Program-made: the position numbers and the translations under genes
DNA from: Mobula hypostoma
Lineage: Eukaryota
Reading direction: 5' to 3'
NCBI RefSeq assembly: GCF_963921235.1
Contig: NC_086097.1
Location: 240,004,001-240,068,000 of the forward strand
Length of the DNA stretch: 64,000 nucleotides
Notes under the pieces: model-generated
What the model saw: the letters and a program-made list of their open reading frames with translations, nothing else
Databases searched by the model: none
What the model was told of the DNA's origin: nothing
Shown: one piece after another, positions 1 to 13,814 of the stretch
How positions within the stretch are numbered: position 1 is the stretch's first letter
Layout of the letters: each line of letters starts with the position of its first letter

Positions 1-219
1 ATCCCTCAGACAAGGGAATTGTCTAGACGTAGTTGCATTCTGTTACCAAAGCAGCAAATTCTACTGTGATATAAAGTGAGTCATACATTTAAAGCCTCTC
101 AGGCCTCACCTGTGGCGAGATTGGCTCATGTACTGCTTTTTTTTTGCCTTCTCACCCTGTGTCTCGATAACAATCCAAAGTAAACATACTTGATTTGATT
201 TTGTAATTCCTCTTTGCAG

Positions 220-276
220 GAAAATTCACGTTAAGTACAGCTGGAGATGATGAAACTATGTCTGACATCCAGCTGG
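220..276 (+). CDS. Candidate small internal coding exon of an unidentified host gene (57 nt, phase 1-1)
   Basis: Acceptor ttcctctttgcag|G and donor CTGG|gtaacc in non-repetitive DNA; one open frame, KFTLSTAGDDETMSDIQL; product not recognised. Confidence 0.25.
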
Positions 277-1067
277 GTAACCAGGCATTGTTCGATCTGT
301 CTGGGCATTTGAAGCACAGAATGTTTTGAAGGAAAGAAAATTATCATAAAATCTCAAGTGTCTGATTCAGGCAACGTTGGTGGCTGAGGAACACTTGGCC
401 TTTTCGCAGAAACTGTTAAGATCATTTGCAAATGAAGTAGGGGAGAGGGAGTCACTGAGTGCGCTGTAAAGAGCAGTTGGCCAAAACCAAGCTTTTCACA
501 ATAGTATCTTGGTATTTGAATACAAAAGCCAGGCAGTGTGCTGACAGTCCATCACCCACATGATTGTGAAGAGGCCACACTCAGGGTGGAGAAACAATAC
601 CTCATATTCCATCTGGACAGCTTCTACCAGCGGCATGAACGTCAATTTTTTCTGACTTCTGGTCATTTTTTCCCCCTTTCCTTTCTCTCTTTTTTCATTC
701 CCCATTCTGACTCCCTTCTTACCCATTCTCTCTGCCTCACTTACCCATCATCTCCCTCCAATGCCCCTCCTCTATCCTTTTCTCCCATGGCCAACTCCCC
801 TCTCCTTTAAAATTCCTTCTTCAGCCCTTCCACCTACCCCGCTCCTAGTTTCTTATTTCATCTCCCTTCCCCACCCACCCACCTTCCCCATCACCTGGTT
901 TCAACTATCACCTGCCTTCTTGCACTCCTTCTTCTCCCCATTTTCTTCTTCCCCCTTCCTCCCCAGTCCAGTGAAAGGTTTATTCCTCTCCTTGGATACT
1001 TCTTGAGCTGCTGAGTTCCTCCAACATGTTATGTTTATTACTCTGGATTTCCAGCATCTTCAGAATC

Positions 1068-1215
1068 CCTCCCCCTCCAACTTTCAAATCCCTTACTCAC
1101 TCTTCCTTCAGTTAGTCCTGATGAAGGGTCTCGGCCTGAAACGTCAACTGCACCTCTTCCTAGAGATGCTGCCTGGCCTGCTGCGTTCACCAGCAACTTT
1201 TATGTGTGTTGCTTG
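1068..1215 (+). mobile_element. Younger PLE terminal-repeat fragment inserted in the older PLE
   Basis: Near-identical to ~50762-50910; flanked by 12-bp direct repeat ATCTTCAGAATC (1056-1067 / 1216-1227). Confidence 0.8.
1114..1149 (+). ncRNA. Minimal type I hammerhead ribozyme motif (PLE-borne), stem I partly mutated
   Basis: AGTC-CTGATGA-A-GGGTCTCGGCCT-GAAA-CGTC-AACT. Confidence 0.6.
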
Positions 1216-1844
1216 ATCTTCAGAATCTTCTGTGTTTATGATCTGCGTGACTGTTACCTTTCTGCTGAGTCACAAACCCCACAGAGCGGCACTCTCAAGA
1301 GAATTTTTGGAAATCAGATGAGGTTTGAAAGTATATTCCGATAGGCGCTCACTTTGATTGATCTTTCAGAATGCTCCAACTCAGCTCCAACCCATGCCTT
1401 TCCTCCTACTAGAGAACTTCAGGACATCTTTGGAGCAATTCAGAATGACCAGGATCAGAATCAGGTTTATTGTCACTGACATTGGCCATGAAATTTGTTG
1501 GTTTATCACAGCAGTGTAGAGCTAGGGGGTGAGGGAGGGAGGGAGGATGATAGGCAGAGAGAGATTGACTCGTTATCATTATGTGTCATGTTGAATGATC
1601 ATGGTCTATCCATGACCATGAGTGTTCTTGGCAATTTTTTGACCTAGCATTAATAAAGGCACCAGAGAACCAAAGTAAAAGTCACATTTGGTTTGGGTAA
1701 GCTTCAAAAGAAAAAAAATTAAAACCAAAACCACTGGGACGCACAGTTGGCTGGATTGGAGTTTCAGACTTCTCATAATCCATTCAACAAAAATTACATT
1801 CCATATTTGCCTCCAAACTGATGGCATGAATATTGATTTCTGTA

Positions 1845-2470
1845 ACTTTCGGTAATATCATCCTTCTCTCTCTTCTCTCTTTTTTTTGTCCATTCCCCTT
1901 TCTGACACCCCTCCCACTTCTTCTCTTCTCTCCACCTGCCCAGAACTACCTTCTGGTGTCCCTATTCCTTCCCTTTCTTTCATGGTCCACTCTCCTCTCC
2001 TATCAGATTCCTTCTTTCTTCAGCCCTTTACCTTTCCCACCTCTCACCTTCCCTACCTCTCACCTTCCCCACCCTCACCCATTCACCTCCTTCCCCTCAC
2101 CTGGCCTCATCTGTCATCTTCCAGTTTATACTTCTTCCCCTCCCCCCACTTTTACTTGGCTTCTGCTTTCCTTTCTTTTCAGTACTTCTTTGACAAATTT
2201 GTTATTTGTCAGTCTTTGTTTATGTATAGTTTGCCATAAATTCTATTGTGTTTCTTTATTTTCCTGTAATTGCCTGGAAGTAAATCTCAGTATAGTATAT
2301 GGTGATATATATGTACTTCGATTAAAAAAAATTACTTTGACTTTGACGAATGGTCTGAGCCTGGAGACATCAACTGTTTATTCCTCTCGATAGATCTGTT
2401 GAGTTCTTCCAGCATTTTGTGTGTGTTCCTCAAGATTTCCAGCATCTACAGAATCTCCTGTGTTTATGAC
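1845..2470 (+). mobile_element. Degenerate PLE 3' tail, interrupted by a Rex1-type 3' end (~2195-2345)
   Basis: Pyrimidine-rich tail and terminal gagttcttccagcattttgtgtgtgtt...gatttccagcatctacagaatc shared with other PLE copies. Confidence 0.6.
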
Positions 2471-2719
2471 TTGTCAGTTATGTCACTATGAAATATCATA
2501 TCCTGCATCTTAAAGTATAAACGAACAACCAATACTTAAAATAAAACATGATGAATGGATAAATTACAGATTTGAATTATCCTTTAATTTATAATGAATG
2601 GATAATGCTTTGTGCTTGCATGTATTGTGTGGGTAAACAATCCCAGGCAGTGGTTTTGAAAGACACATACACTCAGTGACTACTCTAGTAGGTACTTCAT
2701 ATACTTAACTCAACACTGG

Positions 2720-3060
2720 ACTGCCTCAAAGACTCCAAGTCTAGGATTTCTCTTGCAGTTTATTCCCAAAGCCTTCCCCATGAGTGGCTATAACCTCAAG
2801 GCAGCGGAGGTGAAAGATCAGAATTTCCCTTCCCCTAGATGAGCTGCCAACTGTGGCTCATGGGCTCCGTCTGCCTGAAACGATGGGTTTTAAGGTACCA
2901 GTGACCCACCCTTGCCCCTTCTCCTGTGAGAAGAAACGGTTCCACTGGGCTTAATAGCTAAGGCATATGTGACAGTCAGGAGCTGAACTCAGTTGTCAGA
3001 AGCTATTTGAGACCATTGGGAACAATTAATAAGTAGTGGGAGCTTGTCCCCATCACCACA
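2720..3060 (-). mobile_element. Probable RTE-clade LINE 5' region fragment
   Basis: Resembles, from memory, RTE 5'-UTR motifs (ttcccctagatgagctgccaac...); no ORF. Confidence 0.3.
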
Positions 3061-3206
3061 CCAGCTAGAGACAATATTGAATAAAATGCAGAAAAATTGA
3101 TGTTTTACTCAATTTAGTCATGTATTCACACAACACAGTTTAACATATAACTTGTTTCACAACCATTACACGCTATTTGAACAAGGCTGAAAACTTATAC
3201 AATGGA

Positions 3207-3400
3207 ACACACACAAAGTGCTGGAGGAAGTCAGCAGGCCAGGCAGCATCTATGGAGAAGAATAAACAGCTGATATATCAGGCCAAGATCTTCCATCAGC
3301 CTGAAATATCAACTGTTTATTCCTCTCCATTGATGCTGCATGACCTGCTGAGTTCCTTCAGTACTTTGTGTTGTTCCTCAAGATTTCCAGCATCCACAGA
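3207..3400. mobile_element. PLE-derived inverted-repeat (hairpin) remnant
   Basis: Arm acacacaaagtgctggaggaagtcagcaggccaggcagcatc is the reverse complement of arm gatgctgcatgacctgctgagttccttcagtactttgtg. Confidence 0.7.
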
Positions 3401-3414
3401 TATGTTTAAAACTT

Positions 3415-4160
3415 CATCATCATCATTATATGCTACATTGTATGACGTGGGCAATCATGGTCTTTGACCATGATTGATCTTGGCAATTTTTTCTACTTAA
3501 GTGGTTTGCCACTGCTTTTTTTGGGCAGTGTCTTTACAAGATGGCTGACCCCAGCATTATCTATACACTTGACACACTGGAGGCTGTGGTAGAGCAAAGG
3601 ACCCTATGGAAAATCCTGCCAATTCTGGACAATGTTTCTCACCCTCTGTGTGCCATCTTGGCTGAACAGAGGAGCACTTTCAATAACAGACTAAGGCAAC
3701 TGTGCTCCTCCAAAGAGTGCTATATGAGGTCATTCTTACCCTCCGCCATTCGGCTCTATAATGTGTCAACCTGTAGCCGGGGAAGTGATGACCTCCTCCT
3801 GTTAGACTGTTTGTGGTAACTTACTTTTTATTGTTTCTACTTCTCTCCTAATATCTATATCTGTGCATTTGAAATGCTGCTGTGACACTGTCATTTCCTT
3901 TGGGATCAATAAAGTATCTAGCTATCCATCCATCTACAGAGATTGACTGCCTGGCTTCAGTCGTCACCTAACCATGACTTATGATGTGCAACATCTGCTC
4001 TTATAGTCACCCACCACCTGCTCCCATGGATACACGTGACCCTGATTGACAGGTTGGGGCTAAGCAGGTGCTCCACCTTGCCTAAAGGCAACTTGCAGGC
4101 TAACAGAGGGAAGGAGCACCTCACAACCTCTTTGGTAGGGACATATCTCCACCCTACCAT
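3415..4160 (-). mobile_element. Probable RTE-mobilised non-autonomous element with (GAT)n tail, split by a Rex1 fragment
   Basis: (CAT)n at 3415-3430 has the same unit as the RTE tail at 30822-30837; motif gtggtttgccactgc; related fragment at ~1575-1640. Confidence 0.4.
3562..3935 (+). mobile_element. Rex1/Babar-type LINE 3' fragment
   Basis: ORF 3541..3819 ILDNVSHPL...RSTFNNRL...SFLPSAIRLYN homologous to the C-terminus of ORF 11089..11907; AATAAA plus short tandem tail. Confidence 0.75.
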
Positions 4161-5112
4161 CCTGTTTAAAACTTACTTAATGCACTTCTCATTATTCTGT
4201 ACAATAACATAAAATTGGCCACTTTAGAATATTTTGCTGTGTACATTTTGTTTTTTCTTTTTATTTGTTATAATGACTGATGTCAAAATTATTGACGATA
4301 TATAGGCAGCATGGAGTAAATGAGGTGCTCGAGGAATATAAAGAATGTAAAAAGAATCTTAAGAAAGAAATTAGAAAAGTTAAAAGAGGATACAAGTAGG
4401 TGAAAAAATCCAAAGGATTTCTACAGTTATATTAATAGCAAAAAGATAGCGAGGCATAAAATTGGTCCCTTAGAGAATCAGAGTGGACAGCTATGTGTGG
4501 AACCAAAAGAGATGGGGGAGATTTTGAACAATGTCTTTTCTTCAGTATTCAATAAGGAGAAGGATATTTAATAGTATAAGGTAAGGGAAACAGGTAGGGA
4601 AGTTATGGAAACTATGATGATTAAAGAAGAGGAAGTATTGACACTTTTAAGGAATATAAAAGTGGATAAATCTCCGGGTCCTGACAGGATATTCACTAGG
4701 ACCTTGAGGGAAGTTAGTGTAGAAATAGCAGGGGCTCTGACAGAAATATTTCAAATGTCATTAGAAACGGGGATGTTGCCGGAGAATTGGCATATTGCTC
4801 ATGTTGTTCCATTGTTTAAGAAGGGTTCTAAGAGTAAACCTAACGATTATCAGTCTGTAAGTTTGACGTCAGTGGTGGGTAAATTAATGGAAAGTATTCT
4901 TACAGATGGTATATATAATTATCTGGATAGCCAGGGTCTGATTAGGAACAGTCAACATGGATTTGTGCATGGAAGGTCATGTTTGACAAATCTTATTGAA
5001 TTTTTTGAAGAGGAAAAGTTGACGAGAGTAAAGCAGTGTATGTTCTCTACCTGTACTTCAGTAAGGCCTTTGACAAGGTTCCACACAGAAGGTTATTTAG
5101 GAAGGTAAAATC

Positions 5113-7759
5113 ATAGAAACATAGAAACATAGAAAATAGGTGCAGGAGTAGGCCATTCAGCCCTTCGAGCCTGCACCACCATTCAGTATGATCATGGCTG
5201 ATCATTCAAGTCAGAACCCTGTACCAGCCTTCCCTCCATACCCCCTGATCCCTTTAGCCACAAGGGCCATATCTAACTCCCTCTTAAATATAGCCAATGA
5301 ACTGGCCTCAACTGTTTCCTGTGGCAGAGAATTCCACAGATTCACCACTCTCTGTGTGAAGAAGTTTTACCTCATCTCAGTCCTAAAAGGCTTCCTCTTT
5401 ATCCTCAAACTGTGACCCCTCATTCTGGACTTCCCCAATGTCGGGAACAATCTTCCTACATCTAGGCAACACTCACAACATGCTGGAGGAACTCAGCAGG
5501 TCGGGCAGCATCCATGGAAAAGATCGGTCGACGATTTGGATCGGAACCCTAGCCTGTCCAATCCCTTTAGAATTTTGTATGTTCCAATAAGATCTCCCCT
5601 CAATCTTCTAAATTCCAGAGAGTATAAGCCTAGCCGATACAGTCTTTCATCATATCAAAGTCCTGTCATCCCAGGAATCAATCTGGTGAATCTTCTTTGT
5701 ACTTCCTCTATGGCAAGAATGTCTTTCCTCAGATTAGGGGACCAAAACTGCACACAATACTCCAGGTGTGTTCTCACCAAGGCCTTGTACAACTGCAGTA
5801 GTACCTCCCTGGTCCTGTACTCGAATCCTCTCGCTATGAATGCCAGCATACCATTCGCCTTTTTCACCGCCTGCTGTACCTGCATGTGCACTTTCAATGA
5901 CTGGTGTATAATGACACCCAGGTCTCATTGCACCTCCCCTTTTCCTAATCAGCCACCATTCAGATAATAATCTGTTTTCCTGTACTTGCCACCAAAGTGG
6001 ATAATCTCACATTTATTCACATTAAATTGCATCTGCCATGAATTTGCCCACTCACCTAACCTATCCAAGTCACCCCGCATCCTCTTAGCATCCTCCTCAC
6101 AGCTAACATTGCTGCCCAGCTTCTTGTCATCCGCAAACTTGGAGATGCTGCATTTAATTCCCTCATCTAAGTCATTAATATATATTGTAAACAACTGGAG
6201 TCCCAGCACTGAGCCTTGCAGTAACCCACTCATCACTGCCTGCCATTCTGAAAAGGTCCCGTTTATTCCCACTCTTTGCATCCTGTCTTCCAACCAATTC
6301 TTTATCCACATCAATACCTTACCCCCAATACCGTGTGCTTTAAGTTTGCACACTAATCTCCTGTGTGGGAACTTGTCAACAGCCTTTTAATAATCCATAT
6401 ATACCACATCCACTGGTTCTCCCCTATCCACTCTACTAGTTACATCCTCAAAAAATTCTATGAGATTCGTCAGACATGATTTTCCTTTCACAAATCCATG
6501 CTGACTTTGTCCGATGATTTCACTGCTTTCCAAATGTGCTGTTATCTCATCTTTGATAACTGACTCCAGCAGTTTCCCCACCACCGATGTCAGGCTAACT
6601 GGTCTATAATTCCCAGGTTTCTCTCTCATTCTTTTTTTAAAAAGCGGGGTTACATTAGCCACCCTCCAATCCTCAGGAACTAATCCAGAATCTAAAGAGT
6701 TTTGAAAAATTATCACTAATGCATCCACTATTTCTTGGGCTACTTCCTTAAGCACTCTGGGATGCAGACCATCTGGCCCTGGGGATTTATCTGCCTTCAG
6801 TCCCTTCAATTTACTTAACACCACTTCCCTACTAACATGCATTTCCCTCAGTTCCTCCATCTCACTAGACCCTCTGTCCCCTACTATTTCCGGAAGATTA
6901 TTTATGTCCTCCTTAGTGAAGACAGAACCAAAGTAGTTATTCAATCGGTCTGCCATGTCGTTGTTCCCCATGATCAATTCACCTGTTTCTGACTGTAAGG
7001 GACCTACATTTGTCTTAACCAATCTTTTTCTTTTCACATATCTATAAAAGCTTTTACAGTCAGTTTTTATGTTCCCTGCCAGCTTTCTCTCATAATCTTT
7101 TTTCCCTTTCCTAATTCAGCCCTTTGTCCTCCTCTGCTGGACTCTGAATTTCTCCCATTCCTCAGGTGTGCCTCTTTTTCTGGCTAACTTGTATGTTTCT
7201 TCTTTGGAATTGATACTATCCCTAATTTCCCTTGTCAGCCACTACCTTCCCTGGTTTATTCTTTTGCCAAACTGGGATGAACAACTGTTGCAGTTCATAC
7301 ATGTGATCTTTAAATGCTTACCATTGCATATCCACCGTCAACCCTTTAAGAATCATTTGCCAGTCTATCTTATCTAATCCACGTCTCATACCTTCAAAGT
7401 TACCCCTCTTTAAGTTCAGAATCTTTGGTACTGAATTAACTATGTCACTCTCCATCTTAATGAAGAATTCCACCATATTATGGTCACTCTTACCCAAAGG
7501 GCCTCGCACGACAAGATTGCTAACTAACCCTTCCTCATTGCTCAAAACCCAGTCCAGAATAGCCTGCTCTCTAGTTGGTTCCTCAACATGTTGGTTCAGA
7601 AAACTATCCCGCATACATTCCAAGAAATCCTCTTCCTCAGCACCCTTACCAATTTGGTTCACCCATTCTATATGTAGATTTAAGTCGCCCATTGTAACTG
7701 CTGTTCCTTTATTGCATGCATTTCTAATTTCCTGTTTAATGCCATCCCCAACCTCACCC
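5113..7759 (-). mobile_element. CR1 LINE (endonuclease C-terminal part, RT, 3' tail)
   Basis: ORFs 7318..7761, 6387..7037 (NYRPVSLTSVVGK), 5949..6353 (FADD); tail (TTTCTATG)n; AATC at both junctions (5109-5112 / 7760-7763). Confidence 0.92.
5466..5548 (-). mobile_element. Short PLE terminal fragment inserted in CR1
   Basis: Interrupts the CR1 sequence catctag|cctgtcc (uninterrupted at 39481-39495); CTAG duplicated at 5462-5465 / 5549-5552. Confidence 0.7.
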
Positions 7760-9029
7760 AATCGTTAGGTATTAATATTGAAGTAGTAAAATGGATTCAA
7801 CAGTGGCTGGGTGGGAGATGCCAGAGAGTAGTGGTGGATAACTGTTACTCAGGTTGGAGGCCACTGACTAGTGGTGTGCCTCAGGGATCTGTACTGGGTC
7901 CAATGTTGTTTGTCATATACATTAATGATCTGGATGATGGAGTGGTAAATTAGATTAGTAAGTATGCAGATGATACTAAGTTAGGTGGCGTTGTGGATAA
8001 TGAGAAGTTTTTCAAAGCTTGCAGAGAGATTTAGGCCAGTTAGAAGAGTGGGCTGAAAGATGGCAAATAGAGTTTAATGTTGATAATTGAGAGGTGCTAT
8101 ATTTTGGTAGGATTAATCAAAATAGGACCTACATGGTAAATGGTAGGGCATTGAAGAATGCAGTAGAACAGGGGGATCTAGGAATAATGGTGCATAGTTC
8201 CCTGAAGGTGGAATCTCAAGTGGATAGGGTGGTGAAGAAAGCTTTTGTTATGCTGGCCTTTATAATTAGAGCATTGAGTATAGGAGTTAGGATGTAATGT
8301 TAAAATTGTACAAGGCATTGGTAAGGCCAAATTTGGAGTATTGTGTACAGTTTTGGTCATTGAATTATAGGAAAGATGTCAACAAAATAGAGAGAGTACA
8401 GAGAAGATTTATGAGAATGTTACCTAGGTTTCATCTCCTAAGTTACGGAGAAAGATTGAAGAAGTTGGGTCTTTATTCTTTGGAGCATAGAAGGTTAGGG
8501 GGGGACTTGATAGAGGTGTTTAATTTTATGAGGGGGATAGATAGAGTTGATGTGTATAGGCTTTTTCCATTGAGAGTGGGGGAGATTCAAACAAGAGGAC
8601 ATGAGTTGAGAGTTAGGGGGCAAAAGTTTAGGGGTAACATGAGGGGGAACTTCTTTACTCAGAGAGTGGTGGCTGTGTGGAACGAGCTTCCAGTAGACGT
8701 GGTTGAGGCAGGTTCAATGTTGTCATTTAAAGTTAAATTGGATAGATATATGGACAGGAAAGGAATGGAGGGTTATGGGCTGAGTGCAGGTCGGTGCGAC
8801 TAGGTGAGAGTAAGAGTTCGGCATGGACTAGAAGGGCCAAGATGGCCTGTTTCCGTGTAATGGTTATATATGGTTAAAATGTAAATAACTTAGGATTAAT
8901 TCTGTTGAATACAAGTACAGACTGCTGGGCAGGACAGGTCATTAGGTATGCTTAAAGAGAAGGATGATAATAAATCAGCCATGATGGAATAAACATTGAT
9001 TGTTTATTCAAAATGAGAATCAAAATTCC

Positions 9030-9670
9030 AATCAGAATCTGGTAAAAATACCACTGGCATATGTCTTGATATTTGTTGACTTTGTGGTAGCAGTACAACG
9101 TAATACCTAATAATAGAGAAAAACATGTGAATTACAGTAAGTATATATATATATATATATATAAAATAAAATAAATAGTGCAAAAACAGAAATTAAAAAA
9201 TAGTGAGGTTGTGTCCACGGTTTCAACATCCATTCAGAAACTGGATGGCAGAGAAGAAGCTGTTCCTGAATCATTGAGTGTGTGCCTTCAGGCTCCTGTG
9301 CATCTTTCCTGATGGTAGCAATGATTACAAGGCATGATCTGCATGATGGGGGTCCTTAATTTTGGACATCATCTTTTTGAGGCATTACTCCTTGAAGATA
9401 TCCTGGATGCTACGAGGGCTAGTGCGCATGATGGAGTTGACTAAGTTTTCAGCTCTCTGCAGCTGACTTCGATCCTGTGCAGTACCACACCCCTCCTCCC
9501 CCATACCAGACAATGATGCAGCTCCTCGGAATGCTGTCCATGTACATTTGTAAAAATTTGCACGTGTCTTTGGAGACATACAAATTCTTCTCAAACTTCG
9601 AAGGAAATATAGCTGCTGCCATGCCTTATTTGTAGCTACCTCCCAATGTGGGTCCCGGCTACATCCTCAG
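9030..9670 (-). mobile_element. Rex1/Babar-type LINE 3' fragment
   Basis: ORF 9385..9594 MSPKTRANFYKCT homologous to LSPKTLTNFYRCT at 41998..42603. Confidence 0.7.
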
Positions 9671-10948
9671 AGACCATAAGAAATAGGAGCAGAAGTAAGC
9701 CCTTTGGCTCATTGAATCTGCTTCACTATTCAATCATGACTGGTCAGCTTTTTCTCCCCCTCCTCAACCACATTTCCTGGCCTTCTCCCCATAACCTTTG
9801 ATGCCAGGGCCAATCAAGAACCTATCAATCTTCACCTTAAATACCCCCAACAATCTGAGCTCCACAGCTGCCTGTGGTAACAAATTCAACAAATTCACCA
9901 CCATCTGGCTAAAGAAATTTCTCTGCATCTCTGTTTTAAATGGACACCCCTCTATCCTTAAGCTGTGCCCTCTTGTCCTAGACTTTCCCACCATGGGAAA
10001 CATCCTTTCCACATCTACTCCGTCTAGGCCTTTCAACATTTGAAAAGCTTCAATGAGATCTCCCATCATCCTTCTAAATTCCAGCGAGTACAGGCCCAAA
10101 GCCATCAAATGTTCCGCATTTGATAATGTTTTCAATCTCACAGTCATCTTTGTGAAAATCCTCTGAACCCTTTCCAATACTGGCATATCCTTTCTTACAT
10201 AAGGAGCCTGAAACTATTCATAATACTCAAGGTGAGGCCGCAGCAGTGCTTTATAAAACCTCAGCATCACATCCCTGCTCTTATATTCTAGACCTCTTGA
10301 AATGAATGCTGACATTGTGTTTTCCTTCCTCACCACTGACTCAACCTGCAAGTTAAACTTTAGGGTGTTCTGAAAATGACTGCAAAGTCCCCTTGCGTTT
10401 CAGATTTTTATATTTTCTCCCTGTTTAGAAAAGAGTCTGCACGTTTATTTCTACTACCAAAGTGCACGACCATGCATTTTCAAACATTATATTTCATTTG
10501 CCACTTTCTTGCCCATTCTCATAATCTGTCTAAGTCCTTCTGTAGCCTTCCTGTTTCCTCAACACTACCTGCTCCTCCGCCAATCTTCGTATCATCTGCA
10601 AGCCTGGCAACTAAGTAATCTATTCCGTCATCTAAATCATTGATATACAGCATGAAAAGGAAGCAGTTCCAACACCAGCCCCTGCAGAACAGCATTAGTC
10701 ACTGGCAGCCAACCAGAAAAGGATCCATTTATTCCCACTCACTGCCTCCTACCAATCAGCCAATGCTCTAACCATGTCAGTAATTTACCTGTAATACCAT
10801 GAGCTCTTAAATTGGTAAGCAGCCTCATGTTTGGCACCTCGTTAAAGACGTTCTGAAAATCCAAATATTTAACATCCCCTTTATCTGTCCTACTTTATAA
10901 TCTCCTCAAAAAATTCCTACAGGGTCATCAGGCAAGATTTTCCCTTAA

Positions 10949-11899
10949 TAGTCATAGTCATCCTTTATTGATCGCGGGGGAAATTGGTTTTCGTTACAGT
11001 TGCACCATAAATAATTAAATAGTAATAAAGCCATAAATAGTTAAATAGTAATATGTAAATTATGCCAGGAAATAAGTCCAGGACCAGCCTATTTGCTCAG
11101 GGTGTCTGACCCTCCAACGGAGGAGTTGTAAAGTTTGATGGCCACAGGCAGGAATGACTTCCTATGACGCTCTGTGTTGCATCTCGGTGGAATGAGTCTC
11201 TGGCTGAATGTACTCCTGTGCCCAACCAGTACATTGTGTAGTGGATGGGAGACATTGTCCAAGATAGCATGCAACTTGGACAGCATCCTCTTTTCAGACA
11301 CCACCGTCAGAGAGTCCAGTTCCATCCCCACAACGTCACTGGCCTTACGAATGAGTTTGTTGATTCTGTTGGTGTCTGCTACCCTCAGCCTGCTGCCCCA
11401 GCACACAACAGCAAACATGATCGCACTGGCCACCACAGACTCGTAGAACATCCTCAGCATCGTCCGACAGATGTTAAAGGACCTCAGTCTCCTCAGGGAA
11501 TAGAGACGGCTCTGACTCTTCTTGTAGACAGCCTCAGTGTTCTTTGACCAGTCCAGTTTATTGTCAATTCGTATCCCCAGGTATTTGTAATCCTCCACCA
11601 TGTCCACACTGACCCCCTGGATGGAAACAGGGGTCACCGGTACCTTAGCTCTCCTCAGGTCTACCACCAGCTCCTTAGTCTTTTTCACATTAAGCTGCAG
11701 ATAATTCTGCTCACACCATGTGACAAAGTTTCCTACCGTAGCCCTGTACTCAGCCTCATCTGCCTTGCTGATGCATCCAACTATGGCATAGTCATCAGAA
11801 AACTTCTGAAGATGACAAGACTCTCTGCTGTAGTTGAAGTCTGAGGTATAAATGGTGAAGAGAAAGAGAGACAAGACAGTCCCCTGTGGAGCCCCAGTG
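10949..11899 (-). mobile_element. Young 5'-truncated Rex1/Babar-type LINE with an uninterrupted RT C-terminal frame
   Basis: ORF 11089..11907 TGAPQGTVLS, KFSDD, LNVKKTKELVVD, SFLPVAIKLYN; AATAAA plus (GACTAT)n tail; splits host CR1 at tcccttaa|gaaaccatgc. Confidence 0.88.
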
Positions 11900-13585
11900 G
11901 AAACCATGCTGACTTTGTCACCAAATACACTATAACATCAGTCTTAACAATTGACTCCAGTATCTTCCCAACCACTGAGATCAGGCTAACTGGTCTATAA
12001 TTTCCTTTCTGCTGCCTTGCTCCTTTCTTAAAGAGTGCAGTGACATTTCCAATTCTCCAGTCCTCTGAAACCATGCCAGAGTCCAATGATCCTTGAAAGA
12101 TTATTACTAATATTTCCATAATCTCCACCACTACCACTTTCAGAACCCTGGGGTTCAATTCACCTGGACCAGGTGACTAATGTATCTTTGGGTCTTTCAG
12201 TTTTTTGAGCACTTTCTCCCTTGTAATAGTAACTGCACTCACTTCTCTTCCCTCACGCCCTTCAACACCATGTCTTCCACAGTGAAGGCTGATGTAAAAT
12301 ACTCATTTATTTCAGCTGCCATCTCCTTGTCCTTGTTATTATTTCTCCAGCCTCATTTTCTAGAGGTCCTATATCCGCACTCATCTCTCTTTTATTTTTA
12401 TATACTTGATAAAGCTTTTTCTATCCACCTTGATATTGTTTGCTAGCCTGCTTTCATATTTCATCTTTTCTCTCTTAATGATTCTTTTAGTTGCTTTCTG
12501 TAGGTTTTTAAAACCATCTCAATCCTCTATCTTCCCACAAATGTTTGTTTTGTTGTATGCCATCTCTTTTGCTTTTACATTAGCTTTGGCATTTCTTGTC
12601 AACAATGGTTGTACTATTTTTCCATTTGTTATTCTTTTGGTTTAGGAATACATCTATCCTGTACCTTCCTCAGTTTTTCCCAGAAACTCAAGCCATTTCT
12701 GCACTGGTCTCATCCTTGCCAGCATCTCCTTCCAATTTACTCTGGCCAACTCCACTCTTATACCACTGTAATTTCCTTTACTCCACTGAAATACTGCTAT
12801 GCCAGACTTTACTTTCTCCCTATCAAATTTCATGTTAAGCTCTCTAAAACCCTCCAGTTCATTACACAGCACCCAATCACGTACAGCTGATCCCCTAGTT
12901 GGCTCAATGACAAACATCTCTAAAATGCCATCTCATTTCATTCACCAAATTCACTCTCTTGGGATCTATTACCAACCTGATTTTCCCAATCGACCTGCAT
13001 GTTAAAATCTCCCATGACTATCACAACATTGCCTTTTTGACACGCCTTTTCTAAATTTCCCCTTGTAATTTGTAGTCCACATCCCAGCTGCTGTTTGGAG
13101 GATTGTATATAACTGCCTTCAAGGTCCTTTTACCCTTGCAATTTCTTAACTCAACCCACAAGTATTCAACATCTTCTGACCCTATGTAACATCTTTAAAA
13201 AGATTTGATGCCATTCTTTACCAGCAAAGCCACGCTGTCTCTGCCTACCTTCGTATCCCTCCAATACAATGTGTCACCCTGAACATTCAGCTCCCAACCA
13301 CAACCATCCTGGAGCTACGATTCAGTAATGGCCAAAACATCAAACCTGACAATCTGTCAACTTTATTTCTTATACTCCATGCATAGAGATATAACACTTT
13401 GAGTACTGTATCTGTTACCCCTTTTGATTCTCACCCTGCTGGTTGCAATTACATCTATCATCTGCCTGCCCTTCCTGACAATCTGACTGCATGCTTTCTT
13501 TGCTTTTTTTTTTCCATTCATCCTATGCTGAGTCCCTTCGTTCCAGTCCCTATCCCCCTACCAAATTAGTTTAACCCCCCCCCAC

Positions 13586-13587
<2 letters not shown>

Positions 13588-13633
<46 letters not shown>
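13588..13633. repeat. (CA)n microsatellite
   Basis: Pure CA run of ~46 bp. Confidence 0.97.
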
Positions 13634-13634
<1 letters not shown>

Positions 13635-13814
13635 CAGCTCTAACAAACCCTCTGCAAGAATATTGGTCCCCCTCACATTCAGGTGCAACCTGTCACTTTT
13701 GTACAGGTCATACCTTCCCCAGAAGAGATCCCAATGATCCAAGAACCTGAAGCCCTGCCCCCTACATCAGATTCTCAGCCACACCTTTATCTACAAAAAT
13801 GTCCTGTTTCTACC

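Larger units (their letters stand above)
530..1250 (+). mobile_element. Degenerate Penelope-like element, 3' part (endonuclease C-terminus plus pyrimidine-rich tail)
   Basis: ORF 538..810 EATLRVEKQYLIFHLDS matches the PLE C-terminus EATLRLEEQHLIFRMGSLQP at 50186..50512. Confidence 0.75.
4305..8875 (+). mobile_element. CR1 LINE ORF2 (5'-truncated, decayed), split by an antisense CR1 at 5113-7759
   Basis: KSPGPD, QHGFVHGRSCLTNLIEFFEE (4605..5108); resumes at 7760 with [15 protein letters not shown] and LYKALVRPNLEYCVQFWS (8297..8803). Confidence 0.9.
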
